From the sequence record MN850611.1: 64,000 nucleotides of DNA, one strand, 5' to 3'. The notes under the pieces were generated by a model that did not search any database, had not been told where the DNA came from, and saw only the letters and a list, made by a program, of their open reading frames with translations. The stretch is from Escherichia phage nataliec. Shown piece by piece: positions 55,983 through 64,000 of the stretch. Numbering within the stretch: position 1 is the stretch's first letter; every line of letters begins with the position of its first letter. Both the position numbers and the translations under genes were made by a program.

Positions 55983-56930
55983 TGTAGAGCATTTTTATCA
56001 CCATACCATAACGAATATGGTGAAGAGTTTTATGTAGGTCGTGCTAATATTGGTGCTGTATCTTTGAACTTACCAATGATTTACCAGTATTCTAAAGAGA
56101 ATGGTTTAGATTTCTGGAAAGAGCTTGATAAGTACCTAGAAATGATTCGCAGCTTCCACAAGAAACGTTACGAAATGATTGCTAATATGCCAGCAAGTTC
56201 TAACCCTCTTGCATTTACACAAGGTGGTCTGTATAAAGGAACTAAGAAGCCTACTGACAGGGTTGGTTGGGATATTGTGAAGTCATTCACAGCTTCTTTT
56301 GGGGTTACTGCGCTTGATGAACTATCTGTTCTTGCTGAAGGTAAACGACTTCATGAAGTTGGAAGCTATAGTTTTGCATACGATGTTCTGGCGTACATCA
56401 ACATGAAAACTGAAGAGTTTAAAAATGAAGATGGTTTCTTATATGCAGTCTATGGCACTCCAGCAGAATCACTTTGTGGAACTCAGCTAAAACAGTTCAG
56501 AGATATGTTTGGCGTTATCAAAGGTGTTTCTGATAAAGAATACTTTACAAATAGTTTCCATATGAATGTTGCAGCAGACATTACACCATTTGAGAAGCAG
56601 AACTTAGAAGAACCCTTCTTCCATATCTGTAGAGGCGGCAGAATCCAGTATGTAAGGGTAGCTAACCCAGAAAACTTACCAGCACTTAAAAGTTGTATTA
56701 CAAGAGGGATGTTGAAAGGTTTCTATCAGGGACTTAACTTTGACTTAGCAATCTGTGAACATTGTGGTAACAGACCAAAGGCTGATGTTGAAGAATGTGA
56801 GGTTTGTCATTCACACGATATCTCTGTGATTAACAGGGTGTGCGGATATTTGGGATGGACTAAGATTAAAGGTGAATCCCGAATGAATGATGCAAAAATC
56901 GCTGAGATTCGTGACAGAATTTCTATGTAA
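55983..56930 (+). CDS. nrdD: anaerobic ribonucleotide reductase large subunit, exon 2
   Basis: glycyl-radical motif 'RVCGYLG', Zn ribbon 'CEHCGN...CEVCH'; in-frame sequence open from 55962 upstream of track start (TTG 56064). Confidence 0.7.
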   Translation, partial: CRAFLSPYHNEYGEEFYVGRANIGAVSLNLPMIYQYSKENGLDFWKELDKYLEMIRSFHKKRYEMIANMPASSNPLAFTQGGLYKGTKKPTDRVGWDIVKSFTASFGVTALDELSVLAEGKRLHEVGSYSFAYDVLAYINMKTEEFKNEDGFLYAVYGTPAESLCGTQLKQFRDMFGVIKGVSDKEYFTNSFHMNVAADITPFEKQNLEEPFFHICRGGRIQYVRVANPENLPALKSCITRGMLKGFYQGLNFDLAICEHCGNRPKADVEECEVCHSHDISVINRVCGYLGWTKIKGESRMNDAKIAEIRDRISM

Positions 56931-56991
56931 AACTTGACAAGGTGATGTGGGTCTTGATAGGCTTACATCACCTTTTTATTTGGAGTTACAT

Positions 56992-57328
56992 TATGGACTT
57001 GTGGCTTTATGTAGCAGCTTGTGGGATTGTATGTCTGATAATCTTATTTATTCTTGGAATAATGCGATTTAGAGACATAATACAGTCAGATTTTTTGCCT
57101 GAGTTTGCCATGATAGTTGGGGTTATTGCCCTTTGTGTCTTGGCAGTGTTCTATTCATACAAAACTGTGATATGGATGGAGGCAAACAATTGTGTAAAAA
57201 CTCATCAGCATCGTGAGGTTACTCATTTTGTGAGTGTACTTAGTGGTAGCACCACTATACTTGTCCCACAAACTTCTGTAGAGTATCTTTACACATGTGA
57301 TAATGGTAAAACTATATGGTGGAATTAA
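56992..57328 (+). CDS. hypothetical membrane protein
   Basis: track ORF 56942-57328 trimmed to ATG after GGAG; two hydrophobic helices. Confidence 0.4.
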
Positions 57329-57531
57329 CAATGACAACAATCTTAAAGGTATTGACACCCATACTACACATAGTAATCTTCTTCTTTGGTGTTAGTGTTA
57401 TGGTATGGGGTTTTTCAGACCCACAATGGAATTTCTCATATCATGGTAAGATGGATTTATGGTCATGCTTCAAACCATTTTTAGGGTTAGCTATAGCATT
57501 CAGTGCATTACCAACTAAGGTGAAATTATGA
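57316..57531 (+). CDS. hypothetical small membrane protein
   Basis: hydrophobic 71-aa ORF. Confidence 0.4.
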   Translation: MVELTMTTILKVLTPILHIVIFFFGVSVMVWGFSDPQWNFSYHGKMDLWSCFKPFLGLAIAFSALPTKVKL

Positions 57532-57923
57532 TTAAGTTAAACCAAAAACAGTTAGAGTGGATTAAAGATTACGCCTCAGAGTGTGGCTCTTGCGAAAAGA
57601 ATCACGTAAGATACTCAACATTCCACACGGTCTTCACATTGTACATCAGCGACAACGTTCTAAGTGATTCTGTAGAAGATGGTGTAGCATTACCTAATGA
57701 ATTACTTGATAAACTGGCTGTAGTCTCTGGAACTTGGTCTGAAGAGGATGGTCATGAGCTATCTGACGATGTTATCTTCTACACCCTTGAAAACATCATG
57801 AATCCAGAGTACATTATGCTAATGACTTGCGCACAAGATTGTGTACCATTACAAAACTTCATTAAAGAGCACTGTGAAGAATTTATTACTAAACAGGTTC
57901 CTTGTCAGGTGGTGTTTGAATGA
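57528..57923 (+). CDS. hypothetical protein
   Basis: track ORF. Confidence 0.4.
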   Translation: MIKLNQKQLEWIKDYASECGSCEKNHVRYSTFHTVFTLYISDNVLSDSVEDGVALPNELLDKLAVVSGTWSEEDGHELSDDVIFYTLENIMNPEYIMLMTCAQDCVPLQNFIKEHCEEFITKQVPCQVVFE

Positions 57924-58219
57924 GTAAAACAATTCGAAGAAAAGGTTTAAAGAACGTTCATGGGCTTTATGAGTGGAGAAATGAGGTACGTAACAGAGAA
58001 AACGCTTCAGATGTCTACTTCCATTCTGATATGATGTCCAGAAAAGGTGGCTCTTATGACTTTACAAGCCAACCTTGTAGAGAGATTAAGAAGGCTACTA
58101 AACGTCTTACAAGAACACAAATAAGGCAGCTTTCTAAGACATCTTTCTTAGATGAATACTTTGACATTGACAGCAAGTCTCCAAAGAAAGCTGCTCAGAG
58201 CACTTATATGTATTGGTGA
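57920..58219 (+). CDS. hypothetical protein
   Basis: track ORF. Confidence 0.4.
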   Translation: MSKTIRRKGLKNVHGLYEWRNEVRNRENASDVYFHSDMMSRKGGSYDFTSQPCREIKKATKRLTRTQIRQLSKTSFLDEYFDIDSKSPKKAAQSTYMYW

Positions 58220-58228
58220 GGTAACTAG

Positions 58229-58714
58229 ATGAATTACATGGAGATTAGACCATTTGACACAGCTAATGGTGAAGGGGTTCGTGTAAGCCTCTTCGTAGCT
58301 GGCTGTAAACATCACTGTGAAGGCTGCTTTAACAGGGAGTCTTGGAAGTTTAATGCTGGTAAAGTATTTACTTATGCAAACCTCTACGGCATCATTAAGT
58401 TAATGGATGATGAGGCCATCAGTGGGTTGTCAATACTTGGTGGGGAGCCTCTGGATGATAGAAACATTCAAGAGGTCACCAACATATGCAAACGTATTAA
58501 AACTGTTTATCCAGAAAAGTCTATATGGCTTTGGACAGGTTTTCAACTGCACGAAAAAATCCACTTAGATGTGATGAAATATGTTGACGTGGTGATTGAT
58601 GGTAAGTATGATTCGTCTAAACCAACAGTTAAACCATATCGTGGTTCTGATAACCAAAACCTCTGGAGAAAAGAGTATGGATGGCAAGGCGATTGTCAAT
58701 GGCGAGCAGAATGA
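58229..58714 (+). CDS. nrdG: anaerobic RNR activating enzyme (radical SAM)
   Basis: 'CKHHCEGCFN' CxxxCxxC cluster motif; ~160 aa. Confidence 0.8.
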   Translation: MNYMEIRPFDTANGEGVRVSLFVAGCKHHCEGCFNRESWKFNAGKVFTYANLYGIIKLMDDEAISGLSILGGEPLDDRNIQEVTNICKRIKTVYPEKSIWLWTGFQLHEKIHLDVMKYVDVVIDGKYDSSKPTVKPYRGSDNQNLWRKEYGWQGDCQWRAE

Positions 58715-58952
58715 TTATTCTGGCAAGTGGACTTATGACATCAACAAGTTAGATGCCTGGATTATTTATACAAGAGAAAAATTTGGTGCACATTCATTAT
58801 GTGCTCTTGCAACGATTGTAAAGAATGTCACCTTTGCCATACACGAGTCAGATAAATTTGGAGACTTCTACAGGATTCAAAACATCAGAGAAGGTGTAAC
58901 TCCAATCGGTATCACTGAAGAAGAACTCCATAAGTTCTGTATTAAACTTTAA
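58596..58952 (+). CDS. hypothetical protein (likely starts at internal Met near 58676)
   Basis: track ORF overlapping nrdG 3' end. Confidence 0.35.
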   Translation: MMVSMIRLNQQLNHIVVLITKTSGEKSMDGKAIVNGEQNDYSGKWTYDINKLDAWIIYTREKFGAHSLCALATIVKNVTFAIHESDKFGDFYRIQNIREGVTPIGITEEELHKFCIKL

Positions 58953-58967
58953 TGAGAGAGACTAAAA

Positions 58968-59234
58968 ATGGGAATTTTAGGTAATATGAAGGCTGGCTTC
59001 TTGAAGGCACTGGCAAAAGCAGCAGCAATCATTTCTATGACTGGAAAGCAGGTCGGTGTAGATGCTTCAGCGGTTGCACAGGTTCTTACAAGCCAAATTG
59101 AACAGCAGCCTTACATCTACGTAGGACGTGGTAAAGGTGGTAAGAAACAAGCTCACCACCAGTCTGGTGCAGCAGCTATTAAACGAGCAGCTAAGAAAGC
59201 TCGTAACCGTAAACGTAATAAGAAGGTTAAATAA
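58968..59234 (+). CDS. hypothetical basic protein (K/R-rich C-terminus)
   Basis: track ORF. Confidence 0.4.
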   Translation: MGILGNMKAGFLKALAKAAAIISMTGKQVGVDASAVAQVLTSQIEQQPYIYVGRGKGGKKQAHHQSGAAAIKRAAKKARNRKRNKKVK

Positions 59235-59236
59235 TC

Positions 59237-59557
59237 ATGAGCAAAGTATATAACACTCGCAAATTACAGATTTTCGTACTGTGCCAGTTTATGGCTAAAG
59301 AATATAACTTCTACTATTGCGGCACAGGTTTTATTAGCGATGATGATGGTTCATACCTACCATTTAAAGAAGCTGTGAAGCTCTTTAATGAAGAGAAAAA
59401 CTCTAAGAAAGATATTGAAAAGGTCAAGCTAACCTATAGCAAGAAAGATAAGAAGATTATCTGCCTAGATAACTTTGTAAAAGTTACTGGAGAAGCAAAA
59501 GAGTTTATGGATGAGAGTGAGATTTCATTCACAAGCATCTTGAAAGTAGCTCAGTAA
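59237..59557 (+). CDS. hypothetical protein
   Basis: track ORF followed by terminator. Confidence 0.4.
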   Translation: MSKVYNTRKLQIFVLCQFMAKEYNFYYCGTGFISDDDGSYLPFKEAVKLFNEEKNSKKDIEKVKLTYSKKDKKIICLDNFVKVTGEAKEFMDESEISFTSILKVAQ

Positions 59558-59569
59558 ACAGATACTATA

Positions 59570-59595
59570 AGGGAACCTTTACAGTTCCCTTTTTA
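59570..59595 (+). terminator. Rho-independent terminator
   Basis: gggaac...gttccc + TTTTT. Confidence 0.55.
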
Positions 59596-59608
59596 TTTTG
59601 GAGATGAT

Positions 59609-60124
59609 ATGTATCTGTCAAACCTAAAACGTTCTGCTGCAATGTCAGTGTTAAGACTTAGCTTTGAGGAACGTCAAGAGTTCATTGACTCCCACCAATA
59701 CGACCCCTCAAACTCCAATCACATGATTCTCTGGAATCGTGAAAGTACTCGTGAAAGAGTACTATTCCGTTATTACCCACACTACACTATAGATAACCTG
59801 TATGAATGTTTTGTTGTGAAGAACACCATTGCAGTGCTCAATAAGCTTTGTAGATACACAGGTAGTCAATCCTTCACATTAGGCCACCACAAACCTGTTA
59901 CAAAGGGTGGTGAGCATCACTGTGCAAACTGGTTTATCCAGACTAAACTTGATAACCAGAAGCAGGGAGATAACCTTCTAAGCACACCTAAGATGACCTA
60001 TGAAGAGCAAGAGAAATATATCAAAAATAATATGCCAGATGTGCTTGACAACAACTATACAGATTTGGCAATATCTCTCCTGTTGAAGTTCGAGACAGTT
60101 TATAGGGCAACTTACAATGGCTAA
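59609..60124 (+). CDS. HNH-like nuclease (putative)
   Basis: 'LGHHKPVTKGGEHHCANWFIQTKLDNQKQGD' resembles HNH core (HH..GG..N). Confidence 0.4.
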   Translation: MYLSNLKRSAAMSVLRLSFEERQEFIDSHQYDPSNSNHMILWNRESTRERVLFRYYPHYTIDNLYECFVVKNTIAVLNKLCRYTGSQSFTLGHHKPVTKGGEHHCANWFIQTKLDNQKQGDNLLSTPKMTYEEQEKYIKNNMPDVLDNNYTDLAISLLLKFETVYRATYNG

Positions 60125-60395
60125 AGAGAAGTGGGAGATTTTACCATTAGTCAGTGAAGGCGGTAATGGTTGTGAAATGTACATGATACGTGGGCATGTT
60201 CCAGAACCAATTGCACTTGAGATGGTAAACAACTTTACAGATGGCTCTTACAAAGACTTAGGGGAGCCAAATATAAAGCAGCAATGGGTAAAGCCTGTAC
60301 CAGACAGCACAGGTAGCTGTAGTGTACTTTATCACGTTGTAGACCCTGCAAAATGCAAATCTGCAATGGCAGTAACAAACGTAACTTTTGATTGA
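60117..60395 (+). CDS. hypothetical protein
   Basis: track ORF. Confidence 0.4.
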   Translation: MAKEKWEILPLVSEGGNGCEMYMIRGHVPEPIALEMVNNFTDGSYKDLGEPNIKQQWVKPVPDSTGSCSVLYHVVDPAKCKSAMAVTNVTFD

Positions 60396-61288
60396 GAGAG
60401 AAAACTATGAAAACTGTTATTGAAGCCGTTGTCACCGCTCAAGAGAAATTCTTCCACACAGAAAAATTTAATATCATTCAATTCCCATCTGGAGAAATTG
60501 GTGGAAACTTCTCTGAAGATTTTGTTAAGTTTACTGAGCGTAATGCTGGTAAGATTGATAATGTTATAATTACTGTACAGGGATATGACAAAGATACACT
60601 GTTTGCATTAGCTTTGGCTAAGGATGCCGTTGACAGTCTTGTTCCCCAGAAATCAGCGATGAAAACCGTTGTTTTCGGGTTCTTACCAAATGCTCGATAT
60701 GACCGCCACATGTTCAAAGGTGATGCAGCAGCACTGAAAGTCTTTGCCAACCTAGTTAATGCAATGGGTTTTGATGCAGTATGTGCTCTTGACCCTCACA
60801 GTAATGTTGCAGAAAACTTATTTAAGTGCTTTCAAAGCATGAAGCAAAAAGATGTGGCAGTACACTTTGCAAGTGACCCACGCATTGATTTCTTGGTAGC
60901 CCCAGATGCAGGTGCAGCTAAGAAGACTGAAGATACCGCTAAAGAGGTGGATAAACCGTATATCACAATGTCTAAGGTGCGCAATCTTAAGACTGGAGAA
61001 ATCACTGGTATGCGAATCCTTGACGATGTTGATTTGACCGATAAAACTGTCATGATTCTTGATGATATCTGTGATGGTGGTCGAACCTTCGTAGAGGCAG
61101 CTAAACACCTACGTGAAGCAGGTGCAAAACGTGTGGAACTCTATGTAACTCATGGTATTTTCTCTAAAGGTGTTGAAAACTTACTTGACAACGGTATTGA
61201 CCATATCTACACTACAAACACTTTAGGTGAAGCTAAAGACCGTGGCTTAACACATTACGCCCAAGTTACTGTAGCAACCATTGATTGA
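60392..61288 (+). CDS. ribose-phosphate pyrophosphokinase-like enzyme (Prs-like; possibly ADP-ribose pyrophosphokinase of an NAD-reconstitution pathway)
   Basis: type I PRTase PRPP-binding motif 'VMILDDICDGGRTF'; ~300 aa; adjacent to Nampt-like gene. Confidence 0.65.
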   Translation: MREKTMKTVIEAVVTAQEKFFHTEKFNIIQFPSGEIGGNFSEDFVKFTERNAGKIDNVIITVQGYDKDTLFALALAKDAVDSLVPQKSAMKTVVFGFLPNARYDRHMFKGDAAALKVFANLVNAMGFDAVCALDPHSNVAENLFKCFQSMKQKDVAVHFASDPRIDFLVAPDAGAAKKTEDTAKEVDKPYITMSKVRNLKTGEITGMRILDDVDLTDKTVMILDDICDGGRTFVEAAKHLREAGAKRVELYVTHGIFSKGVENLLDNGIDHIYTTNTLGEAKDRGLTHYAQVTVATID

Positions 61289-61296
61289 AACTTTAT

Positions 61297-61318
61297 AGGG
61301 GCTTGAAAGCCCCATTTT
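61297..61318 (+). terminator. terminator-like hairpin between Prs-like and Nampt-like genes
   Basis: ggggct-tgaa-agcccc + ATTTTG (weak T run). Confidence 0.4.
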
Positions 61319-61333
61319 GAGAGAGATTAAAAG

Positions 61334-63115
61334 ATGACTAAATCGCTTTACGCAGTACCAGCAGGTTTAAACGCAGATGCTTACAAATCTGGTCATGTTT
61401 ACCAGTACCCTAGTGCAACAGAATACTTGATGTTCAACCTGACACCACGTAGTGACAAATGGTTTAACAGCCCCTTAGCAATTGATGGTGTAGTAGCTTT
61501 TGGTATTCAACGTTTCGTTAAAGATTACCTGATAGACCACTGGAACGCCACTTTCTTTGAACGTGATAAAAAAGAAGCAGTTGACGAAATCTTAGAAGTC
61601 ATGAATGGTGTTCTGGGTAAAGATGCTATCGGTCGAGAGCATTGGGAAGCACTTCACGATTTAGGCTATCTACCAGTTGAAGTATACGCTGTAGAAGAAG
61701 GTACAGTTGTTCCTATGCGTGTTCCAATGATTGTCTTCCAGAACACTGTTTCAGGTTTCCATTGGGTAGCAGGTTATCTGGAAGATGCTTTCTCTGCTGA
61801 GATTTGGAAGACTTGCACCATTGCAACTATTGCATTGCACTACAAACGTATCTGTAAGAAGTGGACTGACCTTACTTGCGACAATGAATTACATTTACCT
61901 TATCAGTGCCATGACTTTGCTATGCGTGGTATGTCCGGCTTTACCGATGACGCATTTAATGCTGTAGGTCACTTAACCAGCTTTAAAGGAACTGATAGCT
62001 TCCCTGCTGTATACACGGCTAAACGCATCTATGGACAGTCTTACCCAATTTCTGATATTGGTAGTTCTGTACCAGCCACTGAACACTCTGTAATGTGTGC
62101 AAACATTGCTTGGGAAGGTGGTAATGAATTGATTGAAGAGGAAAGACGCTTTAAAGGTGAGTTGCAAACCTTCCGTCGTTTCTTAACAGAAACTTACCCA
62201 ACTGGTATTGCAAGTATTGTTTCAGATACTTATAACTTCTGGAGAACTGTGTCAGAAATCTTACCAGCACTTCGTAAAGAAATTATGGAACGTGATGGTA
62301 AGCTGGTAATTCGCCCTGACTCTGGAGACCCTGTACATATTGTCACAGGCTATAAAGCAATCCACTTAGAGTGTGCTAAGAAGGCTTATTACGAACACTT
62401 AAGCAAGCTTGAAGCCAGCGACACAATGTTGAATGCTGTTCTGAACATGAAGCTTGAAAACATCAATTATGGTATTGCTGGATGGCTACTGTCAGAAGGC
62501 TACGAAATGGTTGTTGACAGAGAAGACTTTGAAGTTGCTGATACAGTGCTGTTGAAAAACGCTTATATGGTTGGTTCTGCAAACGTTGTAACACGTCCTG
62601 TAGCTGAGATTGATGGAGCTATTAAGACACTGTACAACATCTTTGGGGGAACTATTAACTCTAAAGGGTTTAAGGTACTGGATGAGCATATCGGACTTAT
62701 CTATGGTGACTCTATCACGCTGGAACGTGCAAACGAAATCCTGAAGCGTCTGTATGAAATGGGTTTTGCAAGCTCTAACGTAGTGTTTGGCGTAGGTTCT
62801 TACACTTACCAGTACATGACTCGTGACACCTTTGCATTTGCTGTCAAAGCAACTCTTGCAAGCATTGGTGGTAAAGAGATTATGCTTGCAAAAGACCCTA
62901 AAACAGATAGTGGTGTTAAGAAATCTGCCTTTGGTGGTGTAGCACCTATGTGGGATGGTGACAAGCTGAAAGCTATAGATGGCTATGGATTCCAGAGTTT
63001 TGCAGATGTACTTGACCACCCAGCTTGTGCCTTACGTTTAGTCTTTAGTGACTCTGAGCAGTTCGGTTACACAACTCTTGGGGATATTCGAAATAATATT
63101 GACAAGCAGCTTTAA
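61334..63115 (+). CDS. nicotinamide phosphoribosyltransferase-like enzyme (NadV/Nampt family; possibly Namat-type)
   Basis: N-terminal 'DAYKSGH' motif, ~590 aa typical of Nampt family. Confidence 0.7.
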   Translation: MTKSLYAVPAGLNADAYKSGHVYQYPSATEYLMFNLTPRSDKWFNSPLAIDGVVAFGIQRFVKDYLIDHWNATFFERDKKEAVDEILEVMNGVLGKDAIGREHWEALHDLGYLPVEVYAVEEGTVVPMRVPMIVFQNTVSGFHWVAGYLEDAFSAEIWKTCTIATIALHYKRICKKWTDLTCDNELHLPYQCHDFAMRGMSGFTDDAFNAVGHLTSFKGTDSFPAVYTAKRIYGQSYPISDIGSSVPATEHSVMCANIAWEGGNELIEEERRFKGELQTFRRFLTETYPTGIASIVSDTYNFWRTVSEILPALRKEIMERDGKLVIRPDSGDPVHIVTGYKAIHLECAKKAYYEHLSKLEASDTMLNAVLNMKLENINYGIAGWLLSEGYEMVVDREDFEVADTVLLKNAYMVGSANVVTRPVAEIDGAIKTLYNIFGGTINSKGFKVLDEHIGLIYGDSITLERANEILKRLYEMGFASSNVVFGVGSYTYQYMTRDTFAFAVKATLASIGGKEIMLAKDPKTDSGVKKSAFGGVAPMWDGDKLKAIDGYGFQSFADVLDHPACALRLVFSDSEQFGYTTLGDIRNNIDKQL

Positions 63116-63128
63116 AAGTATATGATAA

Positions 63129-63151
63129 GAGGCTCCTACGGGAGCCTTTTT
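63129..63151 (+). terminator. Rho-independent terminator
   Basis: ggctcc-tacg-ggagcc + TTTTT. Confidence 0.6.
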
Positions 63152-63168
63152 AATTTCTGGAGAAAACT

Positions 63169-63504
63169 ATGAAAATCAAAGAGATGAACATCAACATTGT
63201 CTTAGAAGAACGTTGGGAGAACATCAAGAAGCCTGAAGATGGTCATAAGTTCCTTAACAAAATCTTGGTAGCAGCTAAAGAAGAACTGACTGGAAAGGTT
63301 GCAGCAGCAATCACAATAAAGGTTTGTGTAAAAGGTCTTCCACAACATCACCAGTTTGCACTTGACGAGTTTAAAGAAAGCTTCTACAATCCAAACAAAC
63401 AGATGCTTGAAAGTAACTTTGCAGTATCTACAAGTATCGTTCATGACAGAAGCTTTATCCTTTACAAAAATATGAGAGGTGAGTCATGCAAGCATATTGG
63501 ATAG
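63169..63504 (+). CDS. hypothetical protein
   Basis: track ORF. Confidence 0.4.
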   Translation: MKIKEMNINIVLEERWENIKKPEDGHKFLNKILVAAKEELTGKVAAAITIKVCVKGLPQHHQFALDEFKESFYNPNKQMLESNFAVSTSIVHDRSFILYKNMRGESCKHIG

Positions 63505-63662
63505 AAATTTTACTGTCACTTGGTAGTGTAGCAGTATTTGTTTACCTCCTTTGTAAGTACTTTGCAGAGCACAAAAAATGTGACTACTGTAATGGAGAGG
63601 GGTACATAAGGGCAGGATGTTGCCCTATGTGTGGTGGTTCTGGTAAAATGTTTAATAAGTAA
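63486..63662 (+). CDS. small membrane-anchored zinc-finger protein (58 aa)
   Basis: N-terminal hydrophobic helix then 'CDYCNGEG...CPMCGGSG' double CxxC; not in ORF track (below 60 aa). Confidence 0.35.
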   Translation: MQAYWIEILLSLGSVAVFVYLLCKYFAEHKKCDYCNGEGYIRAGCCPMCGGSGKMFNK

Positions 63663-63690
63663 TTTAACAGTAAACTGAGAGGAAAGTATT

Positions 63691-64000
63691 ATGCGCATGG
63701 TAAACGACCACGCAGAAGTGATTAAGAGTTCAACTTCTTTAGAGACGTCTCAAGCACAGATTACAATGACACCTGAAATGTTCAGCCTTTTGAGTTCTGG
63801 TGTATATACCTTTAAAGAAAGGGCAGTGATTCGTGAACTGTCATGTAACGCAGTAGATGCTCAGAAAGAAGCTGGAAAAGAGAATATCCCGTTCCATGTG
63901 CATTTACCTACTCGTTTTGAGCCTTACTTTGAAGTCCGTGATTTTGGAACTGGATTGACTCATGATAAAGTTATGAGTTTGTCGGGGCTTCTACGAAGAA
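63691..64000 (+). CDS. rIIA-like protein, N-terminal part (3'-truncated by window)
   Basis: GHKL/Bergerat-type motif 'ELSCNAVDA' near N-terminus; ORF runs off window end. Confidence 0.4.
   Translation, partial: MRMVNDHAEVIKSSTSLETSQAQITMTPEMFSLLSSGVYTFKERAVIRELSCNAVDAQKEAGKENIPFHVHLPTRFEPYFEVRDFGTGLTHDKVMSLSGLLRR

Noticed and set aside
62492-63019. 175-aa minus-strand ORF inside the Nampt-like gene
   Set aside because: Antisense to a conserved enzyme gene; Cys/His-rich artefactual translation.

Overview
This 64-kb window is a segment of a lytic tailed-phage genome, AT-rich by eye. Its gene content and order resemble Felix O1-type myoviruses; that assignment is an inference from the sequence, not a database match. 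Layout, 5' to 3': (1) a 5'-truncated vWA-domain ORF. (2) A dense plus-strand tRNA cluster (869-6213) of about 27 tRNA genes that together appear to cover all 20 amino acids, interspersed with an HNH endonuclease, two ORFs and repeated spacer elements. (3) A plus-strand morphogenesis module (6.4-29.5 kb): large terminase, portal, S49-type prohead protease/scaffold, major capsid, neck, putative sheath and tube, chaperones, tape measure, baseplate, two tail fibres. (4) A minus-strand early/DNA-metabolism block (30.1-40.9 kb): thymidylate synthase, DHFR, many small ORFs including an HTH regulator, a lipoprotein and a secreted protein, ATP-dependent DNA ligase, HNH-AP2 endonuclease, family-A DNA polymerase. 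(5) A plus-strand replication/nucleotide block (41.1-64 kb): dNMP kinase, primase-helicase, acidic-tailed SSB-like protein, FEN-type nuclease, GIY-YIG endonuclease, class I RNR nrdAB, glutaredoxin, class III RNR nrdD interrupted by a group I intron carrying an HNH ORF, nrdG, a Prs-like/Nampt-like NAD-metabolism pair, and the start of an rIIA-like gene. No integrase, CRISPR array or rRNA was seen. All coordinates, folds and motif calls were made by eye without tools, so tRNA boundaries and anticodons may be off by a few nucleotides.
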